A stretch of 20,000 bases of DNA. Source: an uncultured virus (IMG/VR IMGVR_UViG_3300044858_005455) (lineage: Duplodnaviria > Heunggongvirae > Uroviricota > Caudoviricetes). The position numbers and the translations under genes were made by a program. The stretch lies in the IMG/VR virus record IMGVR_UViG_3300044858_005455. One strand, given 5' to 3'. Positions within the stretch are counted from its first letter, which is position 1, and every line of letters begins with the position of its first letter. The notes beneath the pieces are model-generated. The model ran no database searches. It worked only from the letters and a program-made list of their open reading frames with translations, and had not been told where the DNA came from. Shown here piece after piece: positions 1 to 10,116 of the stretch.

Positions 1-1188
1 CGCGGCTACGACATAGGAGCAGATGGTAAGATAGAATACTTATTCGCTAATAAATTAATAGCCGGAGATGCGAGTAATCCTGAGGTTAAGATCATACAAG
101 ACATGAATAAGCTTGTGCCAGGCCAAGAGCTAGTAGATGCGCCGCGTTGGACACGGGCTGCTATGTTCACGCCTATGAGCCCAGGAGGTAATCCCCGCAC
201 TCATATATGGTTACAGCGCCCGCCTATCGAGCAAGGGCAGAACCGCGGGGTATTCAACTTCATTAATGAGAGCCCCGCTGATATAATACAAGCAGCGTTT
301 CTACTCAAGGAGGAGCGCGTAGTAGATGCCTCATTCAGCCATATCAATGGTGATTTTATAATAGCGCCTAATAGCGGTGATACTAGTGGCTTCCAAGATC
401 CCAATAGGCTGTATAGGACCTATTTCTTCCGCAGCTTACCAGCGGGTCTTAACCTATGTCCTGATGAGAGACAGCGCATACTCTCCATGCGGGTAGTAAG
501 TAGTAGTATAGCCACAACTAACCGCTTTATAGTGACTGATGATGGAGGTAATGGCGCATCTGATTCATTCAATGATGCCATTGAGGTTACATTACAGGCC
601 ACGCCCTATAAGTACGCTGATAGAAAACCTCCTATTGCATGTAGAGCCACTGTCATTGAGGATAAGAACCTAAGCGCCTATACTGACGCAGGCATCAGTA
701 AAGAGACAGGGGCTTTATTAGTTGGTTTAGGTATGGCCCGCCGTACCAGTAGAGATATTAGCACGATACAAATCACGATAGTAGGGGACCCCACCTGGTA
801 TCCGAATGAGATGTTTCAGGTGTATAATACATTGATACACGATAGGCAGATTATATCAGCATACGATTCTATAGCAGAGGAGAGTACCATGCACGCTACT
901 AAGAAGAAGTTGAGTGAACTATCAGCGAGCGTGCGAGAACACACAGCAAGTAGTCCCGCGGCGCGGGCCATACCCTTTCCTGATGGCAGTGAGATACTAA
1001 CACGGTACGTGGGTGCCCACGTCAATACCACTGATGATATCTATGCTGATCCTAATAGTGGCCGCATAGCCAGCAATGTAGATACTGATCTAGCTAATGC
1101 GGTACTACCGAAGTACAAGGTACGCTCGATTCGTCATAAGCTAACACACAGAGATTACACTACTACTATTCAAGGAAGCGCTGATTAA
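1..1188 (+). CDS. Phage baseplate hub / late-control D-like tail protein (5'-truncated by window)
   Basis: Frame 1 is open from base 1, so the ORF-track start at 103 is probably internal. The C-terminus 'IQITIVGDP...YKVRSIRHKLTHRDYTTTIQG' resembles hub/gpD-type ends, and the gene lies directly before the spike gene with a TAATG overlap. Confidence 0.5.
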   Translation, partial: RGYDIGADGKIEYLFANKLIAGDASNPEVKIIQDMNKLVPGQELVDAPRWTRAAMFTPMSPGGNPRTHIWLQRPPIEQGQNRGVFNFINESPADIIQAAFLLKEERVVDASFSHINGDFIIAPNSGDTSGFQDPNRLYRTYFFRSLPAGLNLCPDERQRILSMRVVSSSIATTNRFIVTDDGGNGASDSFNDAIEVTLQATPYKYADRKPPIACRATVIEDKNLSAYTDAGISKETGALLVGLGMARRTSRDISTIQITIVGDPTWYPNEMFQVYNTLIHDRQIISAYDSIAEESTMHATKKKLSELSASVREHTASSPAARAIPFPDGSEILTRYVGAHVNTTDDIYADPNSGRIASNVDTDLANAVLPKYKVRSIRHKLTHRDYTTTIQGSAD

Positions 1189-2753
1189 TGTTTGCTAATA
1201 ACAATGGTGGCCTATACTCTGAACCCCATTCCTATAAGTACAGTAAGAGCCAGTGGGGCATACAGCGCGGTATAGTCCATAATATCAGTAGGGAGGGCCG
1301 CCTAGGTAATTTCTGCTCGGTGCGCCTAATGAAGGGTATGATCCTGGATAACGTTAGGATGAGCGGCCCCTTTGGTCATAATGGGCTAGGCGTATACAAC
1401 CCACTCGAGATAGGGCAGCCAGTCATAGTGGGCTTCAATGATGGGAAGATGGAGGATGCCTTCATCCTAGGCGGATATACCTCAGAGGGTAACTACGATA
1501 AACTATACGTAGATGGTGATTTACAGGAGCCTAATCAGCGCGGCCCCGAGGGTCAGACATTCAATCAACCGCTAGGGCATCCTAATCGCATAGCACAGCC
1601 TAATGCCTTCTTCCACGTAACAGGTATCAATTCACTGGATACGGCATATGATAGTCCTGATTATGGCTCACTAGCAGAGGCCTATGATAGACAGCCCCGC
1701 CCCGGCGTTATAGAGATACGCAATGACGCAGGCACCCGTTCTCTCTATACAAGCGGAGAGAATATACTATTCAGTGATAGTAACATCTACTTGGTAGCTA
1801 ACGGCGACCGCCGCAGCAGTGTCAATCATCTTCTGCAGCTATCAGCACGACACTGCGCCCGGGCGGATGGGCTAGAGAGAATGCAGGGTATTAGGCCTAC
1901 ATCGGCTACCACGGAGTCACTGCCTAGCGGCATAACACCTATGGTAACGGGGCAGGAGGAGAGGCCTGTATCTAGGACTACTGCTATAGCGGTTTCCTAT
2001 CGTATACAAGAGGAGAGGCGGTTATGTCAGGCCTACCTAGAGGCCAGCCGCCAGAATCTACAACGACAGGCTGAGGGCATAGCGCGCGTTGAGGATAGAG
2101 CACAAGACATACCTACACAGAGGGGGCCTGAGGTATCTGATACATATAATGAAAGCCGTAGGAATGATAAGGACTGGCAGAGTGCTATTAATAAGGAGCC
2201 TACTCGCTGGTTCATAACAGCCGGCCACCGCGATGGTAAATCAGGTACTAATGGAGCTGCTGGCACACCTCTACCCCAGGCCCCAGGTCAGTCGGCGGAG
2301 AGTTGGATGAATGAACAGGTCCTTAAGATAATGGAGAGACTAGCTCCCTCTTATGGTCTCCAACTATCTATATTCTTACCACCAATAGGTACCTCCTGGC
2401 AATCAGTGTTAGATAGAGCCGTGCAGGAGAAGGCTAATGGCGCGGGTGTTCTAGAGATACACTTCGACGCAGGTGCGGCAGGAGACTATAGGGGTGCCAC
2501 TGGCGTCATACCTAGCCGTAAGGAAATACTACCATACGAGGATAGACTAGCTCAAACATTCGGCGCCTTCACCAGAAATCACCGCAACGGCTTATACGGG
2601 CCCAATAGGGGGGTACCACTAGTTGAGGTAGGAGTATTAAATGCGCAAGTAGAGGCTTTAATGAGAGGAAATGATACAGCAGCACAAAATGCCTATTTCG
2701 AAGGGAAGGCTCGTGCTGTTTTACAATCCCTGAAGGGAGGAACACCAAGATAA
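1188..2753 (+). CDS. Baseplate spike (gp5/gpV OB-fold-like N-terminus) fused to C-terminal Zn N-acetylmuramoyl-L-alanine amidase (Amidase_3)
   Basis: N-terminal 'GVYNPLEIGQPVIVGFNDGKMEDAFILG' fits the spike OB-fold motif. The C-terminus has the amidase_3 motifs ITAGH, AESWMN, LEIHFDA and LVEVG. Confidence 0.75.
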   Translation: MFANNNGGLYSEPHSYKYSKSQWGIQRGIVHNISREGRLGNFCSVRLMKGMILDNVRMSGPFGHNGLGVYNPLEIGQPVIVGFNDGKMEDAFILGGYTSEGNYDKLYVDGDLQEPNQRGPEGQTFNQPLGHPNRIAQPNAFFHVTGINSLDTAYDSPDYGSLAEAYDRQPRPGVIEIRNDAGTRSLYTSGENILFSDSNIYLVANGDRRSSVNHLLQLSARHCARADGLERMQGIRPTSATTESLPSGITPMVTGQEERPVSRTTAIAVSYRIQEERRLCQAYLEASRQNLQRQAEGIARVEDRAQDIPTQRGPEVSDTYNESRRNDKDWQSAINKEPTRWFITAGHRDGKSGTNGAAGTPLPQAPGQSAESWMNEQVLKIMERLAPSYGLQLSIFLPPIGTSWQSVLDRAVQEKANGAGVLEIHFDAGAAGDYRGATGVIPSRKEILPYEDRLAQTFGAFTRNHRNGLYGPNRGVPLVEVGVLNAQVEALMRGNDTAAQNAYFEGKARAVLQSLKGGTPR

Positions 2754-3946
2754 TGTGGAATAGAGAGAATCTACAACCTCTACTAAATAGGCCTGAGTTT
2801 AGGGCCCTCCTGGATGTAATCAGTGATGGACAATTTGAGGGGGCCGACTACAATACACTATACGGTGGATCTAAATTCAGTAGTTACGAGGACCACCCCC
2901 GCAAGAGATTCCCAATAGGAGGTGGGACGAACTACACCACGGCTGCAGGTAGATACCAAATTTTAGATGTGACATGGGATGGTATTAATAGAGAGACTGG
3001 GGGAATGCTATCTGACTTCAGCCCTCTGAACCAGGATCTAGCCATATTATATTTAATACTCGATGAGACTGGGACTACGGTAGAGGAGGTCATGAGTGGT
3101 AACATACTAAGTTACTATAACAAGCTACGGAAACAATGGACTAGTCTACCGGGGGCCTCAGAGGCACGAGGTGGAGAAAATACGTTAGATACTTTATATA
3201 AACAGTATCTAGCCTATAGGCGAGGACAGGGCCCGGCGCCATCTACTTTGAGTGGTGGTGGGGGTAATGCCCCCACTATACCAGGCGATAGTGCTTATTC
3301 TACTGAACAGTTGGCGCAGGCACTAGCACAGGGTATAGATGGATTTGTTAATGCTATATTCAATCGTATAGGAGAGTTCAAGTGGCCCTATAACCAACGT
3401 GATGCTATTACCCATACAGGTTCTGTACCTCAGGTTAATAGAGCTATGACTAATAATACTCTATCCTATGGAGCAGGAGCCCCCGGCTTTCAGTTCAATG
3501 AGGTAAGCGCATTGGCAGGTCAGGTAATACCTGGTAGGCCAGGCTCTGGGGGTGGCATAATACCCTCTAAGGGATCTCTGACTAGTGGGTTTGGCTGGCG
3601 TTGGGGTAGGATGCACAACGGTATAGATATAGCGGCTCCAATAGGCACACCTATATTAGCCACTATGGCAGGCAAGGTGATATCAGTCGGATTCGAGAAT
3701 AATGGATTTGGTAATATAATTAAACTAGAACACGTAGGGGGTAATCAGAGTTGGTACGCACATATGAGCAAGTTTGCTGTTAAATTGGCAGACATAGTAC
3801 AGCAGGGACAAGTAATAGGTGAGGTAGGCAGTACTGGTCGTAGCACTGGCCCTCATCTTCACTTTGAGTGGAGAGTAAGATCTGGTATAGGTGGGGGTCT
3901 GAATGCGGTAGATCCGCGCCTTAGTGTATTAAAGGGATTAATATAG
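2753..3946 (+). CDS. Lambda-type lysozyme/transglycosylase (GH104-like) fused to M23 metallo-endopeptidase
   Basis: Lysozyme motifs 'ALLDVIS..FEG', 'TAAGRYQ', 'DFSPLNQD', 'WTSLPG'. M23 motifs 'HNGIDIAAP', 'YAHM', 'STGPHLHFE'. Confidence 0.9.
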   Translation: MWNRENLQPLLNRPEFRALLDVISDGQFEGADYNTLYGGSKFSSYEDHPRKRFPIGGGTNYTTAAGRYQILDVTWDGINRETGGMLSDFSPLNQDLAILYLILDETGTTVEEVMSGNILSYYNKLRKQWTSLPGASEARGGENTLDTLYKQYLAYRRGQGPAPSTLSGGGGNAPTIPGDSAYSTEQLAQALAQGIDGFVNAIFNRIGEFKWPYNQRDAITHTGSVPQVNRAMTNNTLSYGAGAPGFQFNEVSALAGQVIPGRPGSGGGIIPSKGSLTSGFGWRWGRMHNGIDIAAPIGTPILATMAGKVISVGFENNGFGNIIKLEHVGGNQSWYAHMSKFAVKLADIVQQGQVIGEVGSTGRSTGPHLHFEWRVRSGIGGGLNAVDPRLSVLKGLI

Positions 3947-3950
3947 GCTT

Positions 3951-4463
3951 ATGAGAACTATTAGTAAAGATGGGGATGAACTAGAGAGAGCTATAGCCCG
4001 CGCGGGCGGTATTAGCACTCACGTAAATCAATTCAGGCTCCTAACACAATATACGTACGATGCAGATACTCGTGATGCGCGCGCGGGCTACGCACTAACA
4101 GTAATACTACCCAGGCCTTATTGGTTAGATGCTGTATGGCTACTGAGTGGTATAGAGTTAGTTAGTAGCCCCCGTCGTATGATGCCGGGCCAGGTACTAG
4201 CGTTGAATGCAGCTACTATAGGTGTAAGACTGCCGCAGACCATACAGATGCGAGCTGATAGTAGAGAGAGGCCCAACGTAAACGCCGAGGGTCTCGAGGT
4301 GTTAATAAGAAAGCGAATGCCTTATACACCACTAATTAACAACTTTATGATGCTAGCTAACTCGGCTAATAAACCGCTAGTGGCAGCTCAACTAGCGCGC
4401 TGGTTCGGCTACTCGGAGGAGTCAGTGCAAAGCATAGTAGGAGCAGTATATCGTGCTAATTAA
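3951..4463 (+). CDS. Hypothetical phage protein
   Basis: 170-aa ORF tightly packed in the operon with the same CTA/ATA codon bias; no motif recognised. Confidence 0.7.
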   Translation: MRTISKDGDELERAIARAGGISTHVNQFRLLTQYTYDADTRDARAGYALTVILPRPYWLDAVWLLSGIELVSSPRRMMPGQVLALNAATIGVRLPQTIQMRADSRERPNVNAEGLEVLIRKRMPYTPLINNFMMLANSANKPLVAAQLARWFGYSEESVQSIVGAVYRAN

Positions 4464-5547
4464 CCTAGAGGCCATACCTCAATTACTCGGGGCTAATACA
4501 GATGCTGTAACACGCATAGATGAAGCGGCTATTAATAATTTATCTATTATGATAGCGGGCTCTCACGAAAGACTAGCCAGTATCATGCGTAACGTACCAC
4601 TCCCTCGTACCCGCCCTACGTGGAGAGATATAGCGCGCTCTCTAGAGGAACAACTCATACTGTTACTATCACTACCTACATCGAGTAATCTGGACTACAC
4701 GGTCATTACGCAGCACGCAGATAGATACAGGCGTATAGCGGAGAGGCCTAATTGGCTACCACCCAATGACTATAGTGAGACACTACTACTAACTGATAGG
4801 CGAGTATGGGGGACCTCTGCTAGTAGTATAGGCTATTACCTACTACTGGGGGGCTATAGAATGCACTATGCCAGCCCCTGTCGTCTAGTCTATGAGGCCA
4901 CTCGTACTCTATGGAGCATGCAGCCCAACTGGAAGGAGTATTACGCATCGCTAGGAGCAGAGGAACCACTAGATAGCCACCGCTTCTTCAAGGCATTTCT
5001 ATCCCAACCTACTGGCATAACTCGCGTAGCTGGCTTCCTGAACGCCATACAGAATATGGAGGCTCCCTATCTAGAGCGTTACTGGGTAGTGCCAGGCGGG
5101 CCGGATCTACTATGGGATCTATGGCACGGACAGATAGACCCAGCGTTATTTAATCTCTATGAGGACCTAAGCCAGGATCCACCAGATGAGTTACGAGAGT
5201 GGTTGATACCTACAGAGCCCGGCCTACTACGGCAGGTAAGCAGCAGTATCATAACCTCATTACCATATCCAGGAGGCCTCAATACGCACCTGGTGGCCAT
5301 GGCGGCACACATGACCAACCTGGCCTACATACATGCTTATAATTCTCCTCGACCCGATGTAGAGATATACGTTCTCGCTGATGATGCAGAGAGAACACGC
5401 CTAGGACGGGTGCGTAATCTACTATATACCGCCTCGCAGTATTTGCGGCGGTCTACGCTAGATCACTGGATAATAATGGGTAATAACCTAGCAGCCATAT
5501 CTGAAATAGATAATCAACGAGGAGCCATACAGGATCTAGACCTATGA
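4453..5547 (+). CDS. Hypothetical phage protein
   Basis: 364-aa ORF with a GTG start overlapping the previous gene and an ATGA overlap with the next; no motif recognised. Confidence 0.7.
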   Translation: MLINLEAIPQLLGANTDAVTRIDEAAINNLSIMIAGSHERLASIMRNVPLPRTRPTWRDIARSLEEQLILLLSLPTSSNLDYTVITQHADRYRRIAERPNWLPPNDYSETLLLTDRRVWGTSASSIGYYLLLGGYRMHYASPCRLVYEATRTLWSMQPNWKEYYASLGAEEPLDSHRFFKAFLSQPTGITRVAGFLNAIQNMEAPYLERYWVVPGGPDLLWDLWHGQIDPALFNLYEDLSQDPPDELREWLIPTEPGLLRQVSSSIITSLPYPGGLNTHLVAMAAHMTNLAYIHAYNSPRPDVEIYVLADDAERTRLGRVRNLLYTASQYLRRSTLDHWIIMGNNLAAISEIDNQRGAIQDLDL

Positions 5548-8500
5548 GTAAGATAGAAGATCAACTACTGAAAGGAGATCTAGGGGCGGGCCGCAACACT
5601 CCTACGCTGGGGCCCGCGCTCAATGATCTCAATAAGATATCCAAGAACACAGCATACCAACAAGCAACACAGACACTAGAGCAGGCAGCGGCATCTACCA
5701 CTCCGTTCGAACCTCGTCGCATCAGCTCTCAGATTATAGTGGAGCCCGTGCGGGCAGTAGAGGGGCTATTAGAATTAAGAGACATGAACCTACAGGCCAA
5801 CCAGGTTCTGCGGGAGGGCATAGCGTCCAATACAGAGCAGAATATTAATGCTGTAGGTACGGCAGTTAATGGTAATACTGAGCAATCACTAGATGGAATC
5901 CGTAAGCTCAAGGAGAGCTCACTCCTTAGTGATAAAGCAGAGCTAGCTGATATAAGTCAGGGCAATGTCAATATTGCTCCTGCCAATAAACTCACGCAGG
6001 TAGCCAATAACATACAGTTTGTGAGTGATACCAATATCACTCAACGGGCTCCCTTCATGCAGTCCGTCACCGATAACTATGTAGTGCAGTCCGGGAACTC
6101 CATTAATCACATTAGCGACCACCACTACGCAATAGGTAAGGATAGTACTCGAATTATAGAGGGAGACGACTTACAGCGCTCAGGTAATAGACTACGCGTA
6201 TCAGATAGAAGTGAGACAGTAGCCCAAGTAGATAAGGCTACGGCCCTAGGCGAGATGGAGCGGGTCTCTACTGATTACAAGAGTTATGCTACTACACACA
6301 CTAGCACATCATTAAACGAAATGAAGCTCTATAGCTACGGCGAGATGGTAGCAAGAGCCACTAACGTAGATCTAATAGCAGCCGTATCACCTATAGGATC
6401 GGAGGCTGCAGACGATAAAGAAGAGCCAGTTGAGATACCAGTGGGCCGTGTTAATATATACTCATCGGTACCAGGAGCCGGACTATCAGGTATGACCTTC
6501 AGTCCTGAAGGTATGAACTCCTATGCACTGAAGAGTGCCTTCCAGGGCATAACTCACAATCACATAACTGTGGGGCCCAGCATATTCCAGGGCGCGGGTG
6601 CTGTATTTTCCCTAAGCGGAGTTATGACTCTCAATACACTACCGCCTATACCTGATGAGATAGAGTTGAACCTCGACCTCATCCCACACATACCAGAGTT
6701 CCCTAAACTACCTGATTTACCTAAGGGATGCGGGGCCATACTTGAAAATACAAATACTCCTGATAAACCAACTCAGTCTGATATAGAGCAGTCTGATCCC
6801 GATGACGCTCAAGTACCCACCCAGCCTAATGACTCTACCACTACGCCGGGTGCCACTACGCCGAGTGTCACTACGCCGGGTGCCACTACGCCGGGAGGCG
6901 ATGTTATAGGCTCACTAGGAGAGGATATACGACGTTCTATATCAGCCTCTAAGGTAGCTCCTAAGAACCCAGGTAAGGAGAACATAGCTAAGAGCGCTAC
7001 TGATACAGCTAAGAATCCACCAGCGTTGGCAGCAGTAGAGCCGGCCGCAGTATCATCAGTAGCCAGTGATGTATATCTAGAGCGAGAGGGTGAAACGGTA
7101 GGAGAGTTGACTATATCTATCAATACGCCCCTTATAGATATAGCGGGGGACGTGCAACTAGAGGTACAAAAGGTAGGGGAGGGTCTACAACGATTGGGGC
7201 TCAGTGTATCTGCCACTCAGGTAACCACTCTAGTCAATCAGGTACTAACTATCAGTAGAAATAATAGTATAGATCCCATAGCCATGCTAGAGGGCGGGAC
7301 CAGTCAGGATCTAGTGCCCGCAGAATTGAAGCAATTGTTTCTTAATTCTCCTTCACTCAAGACTTATATAATCAATGAGATTAAGGACGCCCTATCGTTA
7401 TTATCTATTGGTTTCCTAGAACTAAGTGATCTAGACACCTCGGCCCGCGGGCTAGTAATAAGTGATAACTCAACAGACCTAGCGCGGGTATACTCCTTAG
7501 TATCACCTGCATTAGACCGACTATACAGGAGCACAGGTCTTAGCCAATACGGAGACACCACTCAACTAGCGCAGCTGGGGACCTCACTATTAAATGGCCA
7601 GGAGCTAAACGAACAGACTATAGACGCTCTAATAGTTAACTCTATTAGCCGTAACCTAAGTAGAACACTGGGTATAGATGGGGCAGACGTAACTAATAAA
7701 GTATATAATTTAGCTAAACGACTAGCCAATAGAGAACCCGATGACGAACCCATAGACGTTAATAAGGAGATAACCTCTCTCATGAGTTCATTAGGCACTA
7801 CACTGAACTCTGATTTACTAAAAGATGCTGTACGTTATAAACAACTAGGAGAGAGTATATATAATAGTGCCGCTGTACTGGCCAACAGTATCTCCACCGG
7901 GGACATAGGTAGTATCATACGCGGTGATGGCATCAGATCCCTACTATCAGGGGGGCTAAACCAAATCATAGGTGAGAATAATACCGCCCTTCTCAGGGCA
8001 GCAACTGATATAGGCCGCACCGGACTAGCCCTAGGTAAGTCGCTGGCATTAATACCCAGTATTGTAGGCGCGCTAAGCGGTAGCCCTATCCAAAAAATAG
8101 TGCAACTAATAGATATAATCTCTTGTCTAGGTATCATAGATCAGGCCCGCGACCTAATCACCGCCATAGATAATATCAATACACAGCCTAATAGGAGTCG
8201 ACCGGGCCGCTCTGGTACTACTGATACATTAGACACACTAGATACTATATCTCTATTACCGCGTCTAACTCAGTATACCAATACTGTAATCGATCTATAC
8301 AATAATGGAGATGAGGAGTTAAAACAAGAGATCATCGAATTAATTGAGGGGCCTATTGATGACGAGGATCCCGTAGCTCCCCGAGAGCCATTACCTACTA
8401 CAGTAGAGCTCCTGGAGGGCCGCTGGAGACTAGGGTTAGATGAGTGCTTCCGACTGCCGCGTCTCACGCTAGCCCTAGCAGATACACAGATATTATCAAT

Positions 8501-8843
8501 CAATACTAAATTAACGTGGGGCCTAGTTAATCCACTTCTGTTCTATACTCAGCTAGAGTTACTACCTGGTAGAGAAGATGACTTACAAATAATAGTAGAT
8601 AGCTGGACATACGATAATAGTACTCTGTACCCAGTGCAGATTGATAATAGCTATACATCCTCAGTGCTAACCTACAGGATAACTGACTATGATTGGGGGA
8701 CTAATATAGGCCATGCTATATATGATGGTCAGTACGGTTACCTCCGTCTCATCGATGATAGAGGTACTATATACACTATACCCAGTACTGCTATCGGAGG
8801 CCGTCTCATTCCTCTCATCTCATCATCGTACCTAGTCAAATAG
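5544..8843 (+). CDS. Large phage structural/tail-associated protein with Pro/Thr-rich linker
   Basis: 1099-aa ORF. The N-terminal third has short beta-strand-like periodicity reminiscent of spike beta-helix, followed by a TTPGA linker and a helical region. The G of its TAG stop is the first base of the IS. Confidence 0.6.
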   Translation: MSKIEDQLLKGDLGAGRNTPTLGPALNDLNKISKNTAYQQATQTLEQAAASTTPFEPRRISSQIIVEPVRAVEGLLELRDMNLQANQVLREGIASNTEQNINAVGTAVNGNTEQSLDGIRKLKESSLLSDKAELADISQGNVNIAPANKLTQVANNIQFVSDTNITQRAPFMQSVTDNYVVQSGNSINHISDHHYAIGKDSTRIIEGDDLQRSGNRLRVSDRSETVAQVDKATALGEMERVSTDYKSYATTHTSTSLNEMKLYSYGEMVARATNVDLIAAVSPIGSEAADDKEEPVEIPVGRVNIYSSVPGAGLSGMTFSPEGMNSYALKSAFQGITHNHITVGPSIFQGAGAVFSLSGVMTLNTLPPIPDEIELNLDLIPHIPEFPKLPDLPKGCGAILENTNTPDKPTQSDIEQSDPDDAQVPTQPNDSTTTPGATTPSVTTPGATTPGGDVIGSLGEDIRRSISASKVAPKNPGKENIAKSATDTAKNPPALAAVEPAAVSSVASDVYLEREGETVGELTISINTPLIDIAGDVQLEVQKVGEGLQRLGLSVSATQVTTLVNQVLTISRNNSIDPIAMLEGGTSQDLVPAELKQLFLNSPSLKTYIINEIKDALSLLSIGFLELSDLDTSARGLVISDNSTDLARVYSLVSPALDRLYRSTGLSQYGDTTQLAQLGTSLLNGQELNEQTIDALIVNSISRNLSRTLGIDGADVTNKVYNLAKRLANREPDDEPIDVNKEITSLMSSLGTTLNSDLLKDAVRYKQLGESIYNSAAVLANSISTGDIGSIIRGDGIRSLLSGGLNQIIGENNTALLRAATDIGRTGLALGKSLALIPSIVGALSGSPIQKIVQLIDIISCLGIIDQARDLITAIDNINTQPNRSRPGRSGTTDTLDTLDTISLLPRLTQYTNTVIDLYNNGDEELKQEIIELIEGPIDDEDPVAPREPLPTTVELLEGRWRLGLDECFRLPRLTLALADTQILSINTKLTWGLVNPLLFYTQLELLPGREDDLQIIVDSWTYDNSTLYPVQIDNSYTSSVLTYRITDYDWGTNIGHAIYDGQYGYLRLIDDRGTIYTIPSTAIGGRLIPLISSSYLVK
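6840..6899 (+). repeat. 4 x 15-bp in-frame tandem repeat (ACTACGCCGGGTGCC consensus) encoding TTPGA/TTPSV/TTPGA/TTPGG
   Basis: Units read directly at 6840, 6855, 6870 and 6885. Confidence 0.95.
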
Positions 8844-9065
8844 TCACCAACCCCGCGCTGAAGCGACGGGGCTTGCCGGAAGCTAAAGCCAATAGCGGAA
8901 AGTAAGCGTAAGTGGGACTAGACAATGGCTGAGAAGCCAATTTGAACTAGCTGAAGGTGGTACTTCAAAAGATGTTGCGGACACCTCCCTAATCTGCATT
9001 CTCTCTGCTATATGGTTCAAAGTCGAAGGGAATTACATAGTAGCCTTTATAGGGCAATCAAAACC
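8843..9065 (+). ncRNA. omegaRNA scaffold (5' guide predicted from left flank ~8823-8842)
   Basis: ~220-nt structured non-coding leader beginning GTCACCAACCCCG...CGGGGCTTG directly upstream of a PLMP/RuvC gene, the standard IscB/IsrB arrangement. The 3' boundary is approximate. Confidence 0.75.
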
Positions 9066-10085
9066 ATGCAGTACGTTCCAGTAGTCGATTCAAGCCAGCG
9101 CCCCCTAATGCCAACCACACCCAACCGGGCTGCTCGTTGGATTAAATCAGGCAAGGCAACCCCATTTTTTCGTAAAGGGATTTTCTGTATCCGGCTCAAC
9201 GTTGAACCATCCAATCGAATTACTCAGCCTGTAGTAGTAGGGATTGACCCCGGCTCTAAGCGCGAAGGATTTACGGTGAAGTCTCAGGCCCACACATATC
9301 TCAATCAGCAATTTCATGCTGTTGATTGGGTAAAGGATGCGGAAGAAATGAGCACCAATGCAAGGCGGGCACGACGGTATCGTAAGACCCCCTATCGTGC
9401 CAATCGTCAGAACCGTAAACATGGCGGCATCCCTCCGTCTATTAAAGCTAGATGGCAACTCAAGATCAGGATAGTAAAGGTTTATGCTGCAATATTCCCC
9501 ATCTCTCACATTGGGATTGAGGATATAAAAGCCAAAACTCGCAAAGGATGTAAGCGTTGGAATGTCTCGTTCTCTCCCCTTGAAGTAGGTAAGCATTACT
9601 GCTATTCCGAGTTGCGTCGGATTGCTAACTTGACCATTTTCAATGGCTATGAGGACACATACTTAACCCGTCAATTGTTGGGTTTGAAGAAGTCCAAGAA
9701 CAAGCTATCCAACGAGTTTAACGCCCATTGTGTTGACTCGTGGGTATTGGCTTACCTGTTGGTCGGCGGCAATTCCATCCCGGGTAACACTGTGGTTATG
9801 GAATGCAGGCCAATCCGGCTGCATCGTAGGCAGTTGCATGTTTTCAACCCTGGAGCAGGCGGGTATCGCCGTCCTTATGGCGGTTCCCTCTCTCAAGGAT
9901 TGAAGCGTGGCGGGATCGTCAAACATCCCAAGTATGGTAAATGCTACGTCGGCGGCGAGGATATTGTAAAATCTCGCGTGAGTCTCCACAGTCTTGCTAC
10001 TGGGAAACGTCTTTGCCAAAACGCAAAGCCAGAAGATTGTAAGTTTCTTGCCTACAACTCCTGGCGAACTGTAAAGCCGTCCTAG
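9066..10085 (+). CDS. isrB: IsrB RNA-guided nickase (PLMP/RRXRR domain, split RuvC, no HNH)
   Basis: PLMP motif, RuvC-I GIDPG, Arg-rich helix RRARRYRK, RuvC-II IEDI, RuvC-III HCVD. No CxxC/HNH insert. 339 aa from the ATG at 9066 (MQYVPVVD). Confidence 0.85.
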   Translation: MQYVPVVDSSQRPLMPTTPNRAARWIKSGKATPFFRKGIFCIRLNVEPSNRITQPVVVGIDPGSKREGFTVKSQAHTYLNQQFHAVDWVKDAEEMSTNARRARRYRKTPYRANRQNRKHGGIPPSIKARWQLKIRIVKVYAAIFPISHIGIEDIKAKTRKGCKRWNVSFSPLEVGKHYCYSELRRIANLTIFNGYEDTYLTRQLLGLKKSKNKLSNEFNAHCVDSWVLAYLLVGGNSIPGNTVVMECRPIRLHRRQLHVFNPGAGGYRRPYGGSLSQGLKRGGIVKHPKYGKCYVGGEDIVKSRVSLHSLATGKRLCQNAKPEDCKFLAYNSWRTVKPS

Positions 10086-10116
10086 AAGGACGGGGTTTCA
10101 AACCTATGATTTTTTG

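Larger units (their letters stand above)
8843..10116 (+). mobile_element. Non-autonomous IS200/IS605-superfamily OMEGA element carrying omegaRNA and isrB (no tnpA)
   Basis: Related subterminal hairpins: left CCCCGCGCTGAAGCGACGGGG (8851-8871) and right CCGTCCT-AGA-AGGACGG (10077-10093). Composition shifts relative to the phage DNA. Removing 8843-10116 restores a TAATG stop/start overlap. Confidence 0.85.

Noticed and set aside
9012..9065. ORF-track start of the 357-aa ORF at 9012
   Set aside because: It lies inside the predicted omegaRNA. PLMP proteins start a few residues before 'VPVVD...PLMP', which fits the ATG at 9066.
9066..10085. Calling the gene IscB, Cas9 or TnpB
   Set aside because: There is no HNH/CxxC insertion between RuvC-II and RuvC-III, and PLMP is present, so it fits IsrB.
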